A stretch of 64,000 bases of DNA from Thermoanaerobaculia bacterium. GTDB taxonomy: Bacteria > Acidobacteriota > Thermoanaerobaculia > UBA5066. This document shows positions 9,657-19,172 of the stretch, one piece after another; the first letter of the stretch is position 1; each line of letters starts with the position of its first letter. The stretch covers positions 192,001 to 256,000 of the forward strand of contig CAVRAY010000001.1 in NCBI GenBank assembly GCA_963719225.1, read 5' to 3'. The notes beneath the pieces are model-generated. The model ran no database searches. It had not been told where the DNA came from and was given only the letters and a program-made list of their open reading frames with translations. The position numbers and the translations under genes were made by a program.

Positions 9657-10845
9657 GACGGTTCTTCTCTCCTATGCGCGCACCGCTTTCGGAAAGTTCG
9701 GCGGCGCGCTGCGCGACGTGCCCGGTGTCGACCTGGCCGCCACGGCGATCGCAGGCGCCCTCGCGCGCGCAAGTGTCGATCCCGCCGACGTGGACGAGGT
9801 GTTCGGAGGCTGCTGCGCACCGGCCGAAGCCGGCGTCGTCGCGCCCGTCATCGCCAGACGGGCGCTCATGAAGGCGGGTCTTCCCGCGACCGTCCCGTCC
9901 CTGACGCTCGACCGGGCGTGCTGTTCCTCGATCGCCGCTCTCCAGATGGCCGATCGCGCGATCCGCGCGGGGGACGTCCGCATCGCCGTCGTCTTCGGCG
10001 TCGAGAACCTCTCGCGCGTCCCTCTCGTCGTCTCGCCGCGGGTGAGGTGGGGAACGCGCGTGGGACCCGTGACGCTGGAGGACGCGCTCCACCGGATGGA
10101 GTACGCCGAGGCGGCGCCCGTGTCCGTGGACGCCGGCGAGGTGGCCATGGAGCTCGGCATCGGCCGCGAGGAGCAGGACGCGTGGGCTCTGAGGTCCCAG
10201 CGAAACTACGCCCGGGCGCTCGCGGAGGGGATCCCGCAGGAGGAGATCGTCCCCCTCACGCTCGCGGGCGGGAAGCGCTTCGACGCCGACGAGCTCCCGA
10301 GGCCCGAGACAACGCTCGACGCGCTCGCAAAGCTCTCGACGATCTACGGCTCGCCGACGGTCACGGCGGGAAACGCTCCCGGCCTCGACGCCGGCGCGGC
10401 GGCGCTCGTCGTGATGTCGGCGGCAGAGGCGCGGCGGCGGGGCATTCTGCCGCTGGCCCGGCTTCTTTCGTACGCCGCCGTGGCGCTCCAGCCGCGGCGG
10501 ATGGCCGAGGCTCCGGCCGCGGCGGCGGAATGCGTGCTGGCGCGCGCCGGACTTCCTCTCGTTTCCCTCGACCGGGTCGAGATCAACGAGGCTTTCGCGG
10601 CGGTGCCGCTCGTCTCGACGAAGAAGCTTTGCTCAGACGACGCGGAAGAGCTCGCGGTTCTCCGCGAGAAGACGAACGCCGACGGCGGGGCGATCGCTCT
10701 CGGGCATCCGGTGGGAGCCTCCGGGGCGCGCATCGTGGGAACGCTCGCGCTGGCCCTCAGGAGGCGCGGCGGCGGACGCGGGCTCGCGGCGATCTGCGGG
10801 GGCCTCGCCCAGGGCGACGCCGCCCTCCTCGAGGTCGACGCGTGA
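9649..10845 (+). CDS. Thiolase (acetyl-CoA acyltransferase)
   Basis: RACCSS (nucleophile Cys), TAGNA, INEAFA, GHPVGASG, ICGG. Confidence 0.92.
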   Translation: MSETVLLSYARTAFGKFGGALRDVPGVDLAATAIAGALARASVDPADVDEVFGGCCAPAEAGVVAPVIARRALMKAGLPATVPSLTLDRACCSSIAALQMADRAIRAGDVRIAVVFGVENLSRVPLVVSPRVRWGTRVGPVTLEDALHRMEYAEAAPVSVDAGEVAMELGIGREEQDAWALRSQRNYARALAEGIPQEEIVPLTLAGGKRFDADELPRPETTLDALAKLSTIYGSPTVTAGNAPGLDAGAAALVVMSAAEARRRGILPLARLLSYAAVALQPRRMAEAPAAAAECVLARAGLPLVSLDRVEINEAFAAVPLVSTKKLCSDDAEELAVLREKTNADGGAIALGHPVGASGARIVGTLALALRRRGGGRGLAAICGGLAQGDAALLEVDA

Positions 10846-11885
10846 GGGCGAACTTCGGGCGTCCCCTTTCGGGAATCCGCGTCGTCGACCTGACGTCGCT
10901 CCTGCCGGGAGGCCTCGCGACACGCCTCCTCGGCGATCTGGGCGCGGAGGTCGTTAAGATCGAGCCCCCGGGGGGCGAGGCCGGGCGCCGCTTTCCGCCT
11001 CTCGCCGACGGAGTCAGCGTCTACTACCGGCTCACGGCGGGCGGCAAGAAGGTGCGCTTTCTCGATCTGAAGGCGTCGAAGGGGCGTGCGGCGCTGCGCC
11101 GCCTCGTGGCCCGCGCCGACGTCCTGATTCACTCCCTGAGACCGGGCGCCATCCGGAGGCTCTCGCTCTCGGCGCGCGACGTCGCCGCATGGAATCCACG
11201 TCTCGTGCAGGTTCGCATCGCGGGCTTTCGCCGTTCGGAAAAGGCCGGCCACGACGCGAACTTTCTCGCCTCGTCGGGCCTCCTCGACCTGAACCGCGAC
11301 GCGCGCGGGCGACCCGTCATCCCGAGGTTCCAGATCCCGGACGTCGCCGGCGGGACGTGGCCCGCCGTGACGGCGGTTCTGACGGGCCTCCTCGAGCGGG
11401 AAAGGACGGGCCGGGCCACGGCCGCGACCGTGTCTCTCCACGAAGGGAGCCTCGCGCTCCTCTCGTTCGGCGCCGCGGAGTACCTCGCGACGGGGCGTGA
11501 GTCGAGCGGCGGCGCTCTCGTGACGTCCGAGCTCCATCCCTGCTACGGCCTTTATCCGACGAAGGATGGGCGATTCCTCGCGGTGGCCTGCATCGAGTCC
11601 AAGTTCTGGAACGGTTTCTGTGCGGCCCTCGGTTTGCCGGAGCTCGTCCCCTTGCAGTACGCCACGGGCGCGGCGGGACGACGCGCAAGGCGGCGTCTCG
11701 CCGGGGCAACGAGGCGCCGGACGCTCGCGGAGTGGGCCAGGCGGCTCGAATCTCTCGACGTCTGCGTGACGCCGGTCGCGACGCTCGCCGAGGCCGTGAA
11801 AGAAGAGCTCCGGCTGGAGAAAGGCCGCGGCGTCTTCCGCCGGGGCCGCGACGGTCGCTACGAGATCGTCCCGAGGATCCGCTGA
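10842..11885 (+). CDS. CaiB/BaiF family III CoA-transferase
   Basis: GTG overlapping thiolase stop; PLSGIRVVDLT..LPG, DLGAEVVKIEPP, GHD, D..GG, Y.TKDGR. Confidence 0.9.
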   Translation: MRANFGRPLSGIRVVDLTSLLPGGLATRLLGDLGAEVVKIEPPGGEAGRRFPPLADGVSVYYRLTAGGKKVRFLDLKASKGRAALRRLVARADVLIHSLRPGAIRRLSLSARDVAAWNPRLVQVRIAGFRRSEKAGHDANFLASSGLLDLNRDARGRPVIPRFQIPDVAGGTWPAVTAVLTGLLERERTGRATAATVSLHEGSLALLSFGAAEYLATGRESSGGALVTSELHPCYGLYPTKDGRFLAVACIESKFWNGFCAALGLPELVPLQYATGAAGRRARRRLAGATRRRTLAEWARRLESLDVCVTPVATLAEAVKEELRLEKGRGVFRRGRDGRYEIVPRIR

Positions 11886-13028
11886 GTGAAGCCGCTCTTC
11901 GAGGACCTCCGCACGGACGAGCAGCGAGCCCTGGCCGAGACGGTGCGCCGCTTCGTGAGCGCGGAGGTCCGGCCGTATCTCGCCGCCTCGCCGAAGGACG
12001 AATTTCCGCGCGCACTCTTCTCGCGGCTCTGCGCGATGGGCCTCGGGGGCATCCCGTTCCCGGCCGAATATGGCGGGGCAGGCGCCGACTACACGAGCTA
12101 CGCGCTCGTCCTCGAAGAGCTGGCCGTCGCCGGCGGCGCCCTCGCGGGAACGCTTTCCGTCCACGGACTGCCGCAGCTCATCCTGAATCGGTTCGGAACC
12201 GAAGAGCAGAAGCGACGATATCTCCCGCGTCTCGCGGCGGGAGAGCTCCTCGGAGCCTTCGCCCTGACCGAGCCGGAGACGGGCTCCGACGCGGCGGCGA
12301 TCGCGACGCGCGCGGCAGCCGACAAGGACGGCTTCCTCCTCCACGGGAACAAGGCCTGGATCACGCACGCGACGGTGGCCGACCTCTTCGTCGTCTTCGC
12401 GCGGACGGACGAGAAGGAGATCTCGGCGTTCCTCGTCGAGAAGACCGCCCCAGGCTTCACGCCTCTTCCGCCCGAGAGGAAGCTGGGCCTCCGTCGATCG
12501 CCCACCGGTGCGCTCTCCCTCGCCGGCGTGCGCGTGCCGGCCGACGCGCTCGTGGGCCGGCCGGGGGACGGGCTTGGAATCGCCCTGACGGCCCTCGACT
12601 CGGGCCGCATCACGATCGGCGCGCTCGCGGTCGGCCTCTGCCGGGGGGCCCTCGACGCCGCGATCGGCTACGTGCGGACGCGGAAGGCGTTCGGGCGGCC
12701 GCTGGAGAAGAACGACGTCGTGAGGGCCCGCCTCGCCGAGATGGCGGCGCGATGCGAGGCGGCGGCCGCGCTCGTGCGGGAAGCCGCGCGCCTCCGCGAT
12801 CTCGACCGGCCGTTCACGGCCGCGGCCGCGGCGGCGAAGCTCGTCGCCACCGACGCGGCTCTCTTCGTGACGGCCGAGGCGGTCCAGCTCTGCGGCGCGA
12901 CCGGCGTCTCCGAGGAGTTTCCCGCCATCCACCTCTTCAACGACGCGAAGATCGCACAAATCGTCGAGGGCGCCAACGACGTGCAACGGATGGTCCTGGC
13001 GCGGGCGCTCCTGGGCTCGCCTTCGTGA
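11886..13028 (+). CDS. Acyl-CoA dehydrogenase
   Basis: FALTEPETGSDA, GNKAWIT, KLGLR.SPT, RKAFG, IVEGANDVQR. Confidence 0.92.
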   Translation: MKPLFEDLRTDEQRALAETVRRFVSAEVRPYLAASPKDEFPRALFSRLCAMGLGGIPFPAEYGGAGADYTSYALVLEELAVAGGALAGTLSVHGLPQLILNRFGTEEQKRRYLPRLAAGELLGAFALTEPETGSDAAAIATRAAADKDGFLLHGNKAWITHATVADLFVVFARTDEKEISAFLVEKTAPGFTPLPPERKLGLRRSPTGALSLAGVRVPADALVGRPGDGLGIALTALDSGRITIGALAVGLCRGALDAAIGYVRTRKAFGRPLEKNDVVRARLAEMAARCEAAAALVREAARLRDLDRPFTAAAAAAKLVATDAALFVTAEAVQLCGATGVSEEFPAIHLFNDAKIAQIVEGANDVQRMVLARALLGSPS

Positions 13029-13040
13029 AAGGAGAGACCG

Positions 13041-13532
13041 CTACTTCTTGGGCGCGTCCGCCGGCTTGAGGTCGAATTTCCCGTTCACGACCGCGAAGAT
13101 GACGCACCCGTCGGCACTTCCGGCGTCGCACTTTGTCACGTGCTTCACCGTGTGGGGTTCGTACTCGTAGGAGCCGGGCGGGAGCTTCCTCTCCGACTCG
13201 CCCTCCGTTGACGCGACCATCGTTCCCGAGACGACCGCGAAGCGGATGTCCGACGAGTGCGTGTGGAGCGGGGCCGTGAATCCCGGCTTGAACTTGTGGA
13301 AGGCGCCATGGGGTCCCTTGGCCGGATCACCCCAGACCACCGCCATCATGACGTCGGCGTTGGCCGGGTTGGGGACCCATTTCAGCTCGTCGGGTGTCAT
13401 GGTCACGAGCTTGGCGGGCTTCGCGGCGGGTTTCGCCTTTGCAGCACCCGCCTTCGCCTCGTCCGCAAGAGCCGCGGGAGCAAAGAGGGCAACCGCGAGG
13501 ACCATGAGCAGGGTCTTGAGAGCGACTTTCAT
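13041..13532 (-). CDS. Secreted cupin (DUF4437-like) protein
   Basis: Signal peptide; WGDP..GP, PLHTHS, LPPGSY...P...H cupin motifs; SD AAGGAGG. Confidence 0.8.
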   Translation of the reverse strand: MKVALKTLLMVLAVALFAPAALADEAKAGAAKAKPAAKPAKLVTMTPDELKWVPNPANADVMMAVVWGDPAKGPHGAFHKFKPGFTAPLHTHSSDIRFAVVSGTMVASTEGESERKLPPGSYEYEPHTVKHVTKCDAGSADGCVIFAVVNGKFDLKPADAPKK

Positions 13533-13566
13533 GACGCCTCCTTTTCAGAATGCGAATCATATGCGC
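13530..13566 (-). promoter_or_regulatory. Putative -10 (TATGAT) plus SD, copy 1 of duplicated upstream module
   Basis: Minus strand GCGCATATGATTCGCATTCTGAAAAGGAGGCGTCATG; near-identical copy at 16620-16658. Confidence 0.6.
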
Positions 13567-13640
13567 CCCCTGTTCCGGGAGCGCTGGCCGCCGGCCGGAG
13601 GCACAGCTGTCGGAAGACATACAATCACACCAGGTCTTCC

Positions 13641-16241
13641 ATGGCACTCGTTGCGGGACAAAAACTTGGCCCTTACGAGATCCTTGCGCCGCTCGGCGCC
13701 GGAGGGATGGGCGAGGTCTATCGCGCGCGAGACTCGCGGTTGCGGCGCGAGGTCGCGATCAAAGTGCTTCCGCCGGAGCTTGCCGCCGATCCCGACCGGA
13801 ACCAGCGTTTCGAGCAGGAGGCGCGCGCGGCCTCCGGCCTGAACCACCACAACATCGTCACGATCCACGACATCGGGTCCTCCGACTCCACCGTCTTCAT
13901 CGCGATGGAGCTCGTCGACGGGAAGACGCTACGGGAGATCCTGCGGGCCGGTGCGCTTCCGACCCGACGTCTGCTCGACATCGCCGGCCAGGTCGCCGAC
14001 GGGCTCGCCAAGGCGCACGCCGCCGGGATCGTCCATCGGGACCTGAAGCCCGAGAACGTGATGATCTCGAAGGACGGCGTCGTCAAGATCCTCGACTTCG
14101 GCCTCGCGAAGCTCCTGAAGGACCAGCCCGAGGAAGGCACCGACATTCCGACGGCGACGCGCGCCGGCACGGTGATGGGGACGGTCGGGTACATGTCTCC
14201 GGAGCAGGCGAGCGGAAAGCCGGTCGATTTCCGGTCGGACCAGTTCTCTCTCGGGTCGATCTTCTACGAGATGGCGACGGGCAAGCGCGCCTTCGAGCGC
14301 GGGACGACTGCGGAGACCCTCACGGCGATCATCCGCGAGGAGGCAGACCCGGTCGAGAAGCTGAACGCGAACGTGCCCGCGCCGTTCCGTTGGCTCGTGG
14401 AACGGTGCCTGCAGAAGGATCCCGAAGAGCGCTACGCCTCGACGCGCGATCTCGCCCGCGACCTGAAGAGCATCCGCGAGCACCTCTCCGACGCGTCCGT
14501 CGCCGTGTCCGGAGCGGTTTCGGGCCGGCCGGGAGCGGCGCCTCCGGCTCTTCGGCGGCGCTCGGCGCGGGCGGCGGTTTTCGTGGCGGCTCTGCTCGCG
14601 GCTCTCGCCGCCGGGGCGCTTCTCCAGAAGCGCTTCGCGCGGTCCGCGCCGCCCTCCTACCAACAGATCACCTTCGGTAGCGGCACGATCCGTTCGGCGC
14701 GCTTCGCACCGGACGGGCAGACGATCGTCTTCAGCGCGGGCTGGGACGGCGGCCCGCTCAAGCTCTTCCTCAAGCACCCCTCCAGCCCGGACTCTCTGCC
14801 GCTGGCTCTTCCGAGCGCCAACCTGCTCGGGATCTCGCCCTCGGGTGAGATGGCGATCGCGGTCGACTGCCGGTCGAACCACCCGGGGGTCTGCGCCGGC
14901 ACGCTGGCACGCGCCGCCCTGACCGGCGGATCCCCCCGCGACGTGGCGGACGGAATCCAGGAAGTCGACTGGGCGTCGGACGGAGCGACGATGCTCGTGG
15001 TGCGCGACGTCGGCGGGAAGGCCCGTATCGAGTTCCCGATGGGAAAGGTCCTCTACGAGACCTCGGGGCACGTCAGCTACGCGCGCCTGTCGCCGAAGGG
15101 CGACCGGATCGCCTTTCTCGACCACCCTTTTCCGCTCGACGACGCGGGAACGGTCGCGGTCATCGACCTCGCGGGGAAGAAGACGAGGCTGACGGGCCAA
15201 TGGGCGAGCGAGCACGGGCTCGCGTGGGCGCCCTCGGGTCGCGAAGTCTGGTTCACGGCCACGGAAGCCGGCGCGAACCGCTCGCTCTACGCGGTGACGC
15301 TTTCGGGGCACCTGCGCGTCGTGACGCGCGTGCCCGGCGGTCTGAAGCTCCACGACGTCGCCAGGAGCGGGAAGGTCCTCCTGACGCGCGAGAGCCCGCG
15401 CGTCGGAATCCTCGGCATGCTCCAGGGAGACGCGCGCGAGCACGACATGTCGTTCCTCGACTACTCGTTCGCCGCGGACCTCTCGGCCGACGCGCGGCTG
15501 CTCCTCTTCGACGAGGAAGGGGAGGCGGGAGGCGCGAACTACACCGTCTATCTGCGCAAGTCCGACCACTCTCCGGTCGTCCGGCTGGGCGAGGGAAACG
15601 CGCTGGCCCTTTCGCCGGACGGCAAGTGGGCGCTTTCGATCCTGCCGCTGCCCAATTCCCCGTTCCGCCTCCTGCCGACGGGAACGGGAGAGCACCGGGA
15701 GCTGGCGCTGCCGGGCCTCAGCGCGGAACAGGCCGCGACGTGGTTCGTCGACAGCAAGCGAATCGTCTTTGCGGCGAGCGAACCCGGCCACGGCGTCAGG
15801 CTCTTCGTGCAGGAGATCGACGGAGGAAGGCCGCGGCCCGTCACGCCAGAGGGGGTCTCGACGGCTCTTCCGGGCTTCGCCGTTTCTCCCGACGAGAAGT
15901 CCGTCGCGGCGGTCGGGCCGGAGCAGAAGGGCGCGCTCTTTCCCGTGGAGGGAGGCGGCGCGGCGCGGCCGATTCCCGGTCTTCTTCCCGGCGAGTTCCC
16001 GCTGCGGTTTTCGCCGGACGGCCGCTCGCTCTACGTCTGGAAGCGCGGAGATCTGCCCGCGCGCATCACGCGCCTCGACCTCGAGACCGGCAAGCGCGAC
16101 GTCTGGAAGGACCTGCTCCCGGCTGACCCGGCGGGCGTCGAACGCATCTCGAACGTCCTCGTCACGCCGGACGCAAAGGGCTATGCGTACTGCTACGCAC
16201 GCTTGTTGTCCGATCTCTTCGTCGTCGAGGGCCTGAAGTAG
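13641..16241 (+). CDS. Hanks-type Ser/Thr kinase with TM helix and C-terminal TolB/PD40 beta-propeller
   Basis: LGAGGMGEVY, VAIK, HRDLKPEN, DFGLAK, YMSPEQ; repeated SPDG/APDG blades. Confidence 0.92.
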   Translation: MALVAGQKLGPYEILAPLGAGGMGEVYRARDSRLRREVAIKVLPPELAADPDRNQRFEQEARAASGLNHHNIVTIHDIGSSDSTVFIAMELVDGKTLREILRAGALPTRRLLDIAGQVADGLAKAHAAGIVHRDLKPENVMISKDGVVKILDFGLAKLLKDQPEEGTDIPTATRAGTVMGTVGYMSPEQASGKPVDFRSDQFSLGSIFYEMATGKRAFERGTTAETLTAIIREEADPVEKLNANVPAPFRWLVERCLQKDPEERYASTRDLARDLKSIREHLSDASVAVSGAVSGRPGAAPPALRRRSARAAVFVAALLAALAAGALLQKRFARSAPPSYQQITFGSGTIRSARFAPDGQTIVFSAGWDGGPLKLFLKHPSSPDSLPLALPSANLLGISPSGEMAIAVDCRSNHPGVCAGTLARAALTGGSPRDVADGIQEVDWASDGATMLVVRDVGGKARIEFPMGKVLYETSGHVSYARLSPKGDRIAFLDHPFPLDDAGTVAVIDLAGKKTRLTGQWASEHGLAWAPSGREVWFTATEAGANRSLYAVTLSGHLRVVTRVPGGLKLHDVARSGKVLLTRESPRVGILGMLQGDAREHDMSFLDYSFAADLSADARLLLFDEEGEAGGANYTVYLRKSDHSPVVRLGEGNALALSPDGKWALSILPLPNSPFRLLPTGTGEHRELALPGLSAEQAATWFVDSKRIVFAASEPGHGVRLFVQEIDGGRPRPVTPEGVSTALPGFAVSPDEKSVAAVGPEQKGALFPVEGGGAARPIPGLLPGEFPLRFSPDGRSLYVWKRGDLPARITRLDLETGKRDVWKDLLPADPAGVERISNVLVTPDAKGYAYCYARLLSDLFVVEGLK

Positions 16242-16244
16242 CTT

Positions 16245-16622
16245 CTATTTCAGAAGCGAGGCCAGCTCTTTCCGGACCTCGTCCATCTTGACCGTGTGGT
16301 CCGGCTGCTTGAAGAGCACGTCCCCCTTCGCGGAGCGAACCACGAGCCCGTGGTTCTCGAATCCGAGCTCCTTGATCTGCATCTTCGAGTCGGGGGTGGT
16401 CGCATCGACGTTCCTCGCGACGACCTTTCCCGGGAATTCCTTCTCGAGCCCGCTCACGGCAGGCTTCACTTTCGCGCAAACGGGTCAACCCGGCAGGAAG
16501 AAGTAGGTCACCTCCACGGGCTTCGCCACGGCCGCGCCGGCCTTCGTCTCGTCGGCGTGCGCGGCGGGCGCGAGAAAAGCCGCCACGAGAGCGACCAGGA
16601 CGATTCTGAAAGAGGCCTTCAT
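16245..16622 (-). CDS. Probable selenoprotein: secreted thioredoxin-fold protein with UxxC motif (in-frame TGA at 16487-16485)
   Basis: Two track ORFs are in the same frame. Read-through gives signal peptide ...VEVTYFFLPG-U-PVC-AKVKPAV..LEKEF.GKV, a thioredoxin beta1-CxxC-alpha pattern. A hairpin follows the TGA. Confidence 0.8.
16447..16465 (-). promoter_or_regulatory. Candidate bacterial SECIS hairpin
   Basis: AGCCUGC-CGUGA-GCGGGCU: 7-bp stem (one G-U), loop starts 26 nt after UGA, G at second loop position. Confidence 0.5.
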
Positions 16623-16658
16623 GACGCACCTCCTTTTGAGAATGCGTATCATATGCGC
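16620..16658 (-). promoter_or_regulatory. Putative -10 (TATGAT) plus SD, copy 2 of duplicated upstream module
   Basis: Minus strand GCGCATATGATACGCATTCTCAAAAGGAGGTGCGTCATG. Confidence 0.6.
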
Positions 16659-16773
16659 TCCTTCGAAGACGGAACGGCGAGGTTCAGAGCCGGCCGTTCG
16701 CGCACGAGGCGAGGAAGATCCGGCGAGGAGCATCGGAGGCGGCGGGCGGTAGAATCGCGGAAAAGGTGGACAG

Positions 16774-17649
16774 ATGTCGCTCTTCATGAAGTTCAACCTG
16801 ATCCTGATTCTCGTTTTTGCGGTCGCGCTCGTTCCGGCGGGCTACATCTCGAACAGCCTGCTCCAGAAAAACGCACGGACGCAGATCGTCCAGAACGCGC
16901 GGATCATGATGCAGACGGCGATGGCGACCCGGGGCTACACGGTCAAGCAGATCAAGCCGCTCCTGGCGCCGCGCCTCGCGGACGAGTTCCTGCCGCAGTC
17001 GGTCCCCGCCTATTCGGCGACGGAGATCTTCAATTACCTGCGCGAGAAGAATCCCGAGTACACGTACAAGGAAGCCACGCTCAACCCGACGAACCCGCGC
17101 GATCGGACGGTCGACTGGGAAGCGGACATCGTGAACGCGTTCCGCGCGAACGAGAAGCTCCCGGAGCTCATGGGCGAGCGCGACACATCCCTCGGGCGCG
17201 CGCTTTACCTCGCGCACCCCCTCAAGATCACGGACGCGGCCTGCCTTTCGTGCCACACGACGCCGGACGTGGCGCCGGCGTCCCAGGTGAGAGCCTACGG
17301 CACGAGGGGCGGCTACGGCTGGAAGCTGAACGAGATCATCGGCGCGCAGATCGTCTCCGTGCCCATGAACGTACCGATCGCCCTCGCGGACAAGGCGTTC
17401 AAGACGCTCCTGGGCTCCCTGGTCGCGGTCTTCGCGAGCATCCTCGTCGTCCTCAATATCTTGCTCTGGCTCGTGGTCATCCGGCCGATCAAGCGTCTCT
17501 CGCAAATGGCGGACCAGGTGTCGACGGGCAATCTCGACGTCCCCGAGGTGACCGTGAAGGGGTCGGACGAGGTCGCGGTGCTTTCGGGGTCGTTCAACCG
17601 GATGCGGATCAGCCTGACGAAGGCGCTCAAGATGCTCGAGGGCGAGTAA
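16774..17649 (+). CDS. Membrane sensor: DUF3365/Tll0287-like heme c domain plus HAMP, no output domain
   Basis: TM-periplasmic-TM; LNPTNP..R, CLSCH heme motif, YG..GYGWK..EIIGA; C-terminal HAMP (RPIKRL...DEVAVL..SFNRM) then stop. Confidence 0.85.
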   Translation: MSLFMKFNLILILVFAVALVPAGYISNSLLQKNARTQIVQNARIMMQTAMATRGYTVKQIKPLLAPRLADEFLPQSVPAYSATEIFNYLREKNPEYTYKEATLNPTNPRDRTVDWEADIVNAFRANEKLPELMGERDTSLGRALYLAHPLKITDAACLSCHTTPDVAPASQVRAYGTRGGYGWKLNEIIGAQIVSVPMNVPIALADKAFKTLLGSLVAVFASILVVLNILLWLVVIRPIKRLSQMADQVSTGNLDVPEVTVKGSDEVAVLSGSFNRMRISLTKALKMLEGE

Positions 17650-17665
17650 GGCCGGACGTCCTCGG

Positions 17666-19147
17666 ATGACCGACACGATTCCGCACGGCTCCCGATTCGG
17701 CGACTACGAGATCCTGGAGGAGCTCGGCGCCGGAGGCATGGGCAAGGTCTACCGCGCGCGCGATCTCACGCTGGACCGGCTCGTCGCGCTCAAGACGCTC
17801 GCCCTGCAGCTGTCCCAGGACTCGGGCTACGTGCAGCGCTTTCTCAAGGAGGCGCGCGCCGCCGCACGGTTGAACCATCCGAACATCGTGCAGATCTACG
17901 ACTTCGGGTGCGTCGACTCCATCTACTACCTCGCGATGGAGTTCGTGGACGGGCATTCTCTCGGCACGTACCTCAAACGCGGCCATTTCAGCGAGTCGGA
18001 ATCCATCCAGATCATCCGGCACGCGTGCCGCGCCCTGTCGGTCGCGCATGCTGACGGCATCGTCCATCGCGACATCAAACCCGACAACCTGATGCTGACG
18101 AGCCGCGGCGACGTGAAGCTCGTGGACCTCGGCATCGCGAAGCGTCTCGACGAGGAGGCATCGCTCACGCAGACGGGCCAGGCGATCGGAACGCCGCATT
18201 ACATCTCGCCCGAGCAGATCCGCGGGCAGCGGGACGTGGATTCCCGCGCCGACATCTATTCGCTCGGCGCGACGCTCTACCACCTCCTCACCGGGCACAC
18301 GCCGTACAAAGGATCGTCCGGTCCGATCGTCATGTCGATGCATCTCGTCGAGCCGTTGCCGGACCCGCGCCGGTTCGAGGCGAACCTCACGGAAGGCGTC
18401 TGCCGCGTCGTGCGCAAGATGATGGCGAAGAACCGCGACGAGAGGTACCCGGACGTCTATGCGCTCGACCTGGACCTCTATCGCCTCCAGTGCGGGGAAA
18501 CGCCGCAGCCGGAGGCCGGAGCCGCGCCGGCTGCCGAGGCGCGCGCGGGATCCGCCGCGTCTCCGGCCTACGTTCCCACGACCGTCGCCGCGTTCGATTC
18601 GGGAGTCCTGAACCGCATCGAGGAAAGCCTCGCGGCCGCCGTCGGTCCGATGGCGAAGGTTCTCGTCCGCAAGACCGCGCGACACGCGCCGAATTACGAG
18701 GCGCTCTGCGGCGAGCTCGCGCAGCAGGTCTCCGACCCGCGCGCGCGCGACACCTTTCTATCGAAATGTCTCCGCGCGGCGCGCACGCCCACGCCCGCGG
18801 GTCCGAGCGGGGCCGGCCGCATGACCCCCACGCACGGGAGCGAGGCGCCCACCCAGGCCCAAGGGCACAGTCCGTCCGTCGGATCGGGGTCCTCGCGCCA
18901 CTTCTCGCAGGAAGCCTACTTCGGCTCCGGCTCGGCTCCGAGGTCGATCGGCATCTCCGAGCAGGATCTCCACTTCGTGGAGATAGAGCTCGCGAAGCAG
19001 ATCGGCCCCCTCGCCCGCGTCGTCGTGAAACGCGCGGCGAAGACCACCGGCGTCCTGAACGACCTCATCTCGAAGCTGGAGCTCGAGATCCCGACGGACG
19101 ACAGCCGCCGCGCGTTCCGCGACGCGATGCGGAAGCACTTCCGCTAG
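17666..19147 (+). CDS. Cytoplasmic Ser/Thr kinase with two C-terminal helical repeats
   Basis: LGAGGMGKVY, HRDIKPDN, DLGIAK, GTPHYISPEQ; repeats EESLAAAVGPMAKVLVRKTA and EIELAKQIGPLARVVVKRAA. Confidence 0.9.
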   Translation: MTDTIPHGSRFGDYEILEELGAGGMGKVYRARDLTLDRLVALKTLALQLSQDSGYVQRFLKEARAAARLNHPNIVQIYDFGCVDSIYYLAMEFVDGHSLGTYLKRGHFSESESIQIIRHACRALSVAHADGIVHRDIKPDNLMLTSRGDVKLVDLGIAKRLDEEASLTQTGQAIGTPHYISPEQIRGQRDVDSRADIYSLGATLYHLLTGHTPYKGSSGPIVMSMHLVEPLPDPRRFEANLTEGVCRVVRKMMAKNRDERYPDVYALDLDLYRLQCGETPQPEAGAAPAAEARAGSAASPAYVPTTVAAFDSGVLNRIEESLAAAVGPMAKVLVRKTARHAPNYEALCGELAQQVSDPRARDTFLSKCLRAARTPTPAGPSGAGRMTPTHGSEAPTQAQGHSPSVGSGSSRHFSQEAYFGSGSAPRSIGISEQDLHFVEIELAKQIGPLARVVVKRAAKTTGVLNDLISKLELEIPTDDSRRAFRDAMRKHFR

Positions 19148-19172
19148 GCCGTCCGAAGGTCAGGAGTCGGGG

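Noticed and set aside
8793-13028. Acyl-CoA operon as a novel pathway
   Set aside because: Ordinary hydroxyacyl-CoA dehydrogenase, thiolase, CoA-transferase and acyl-CoA dehydrogenase set with intact motifs; the substrate cannot be inferred.
16245-16622. Pseudogene interpretation of the two TGA-split thioredoxin genes (also 59187-60521)
   Set aside because: In both, the TGA sits exactly at the catalytic CxxC position with no other lesions, so selenocysteine is more parsimonious. A global TGA recoding is unlikely because many genes here end in TGA.
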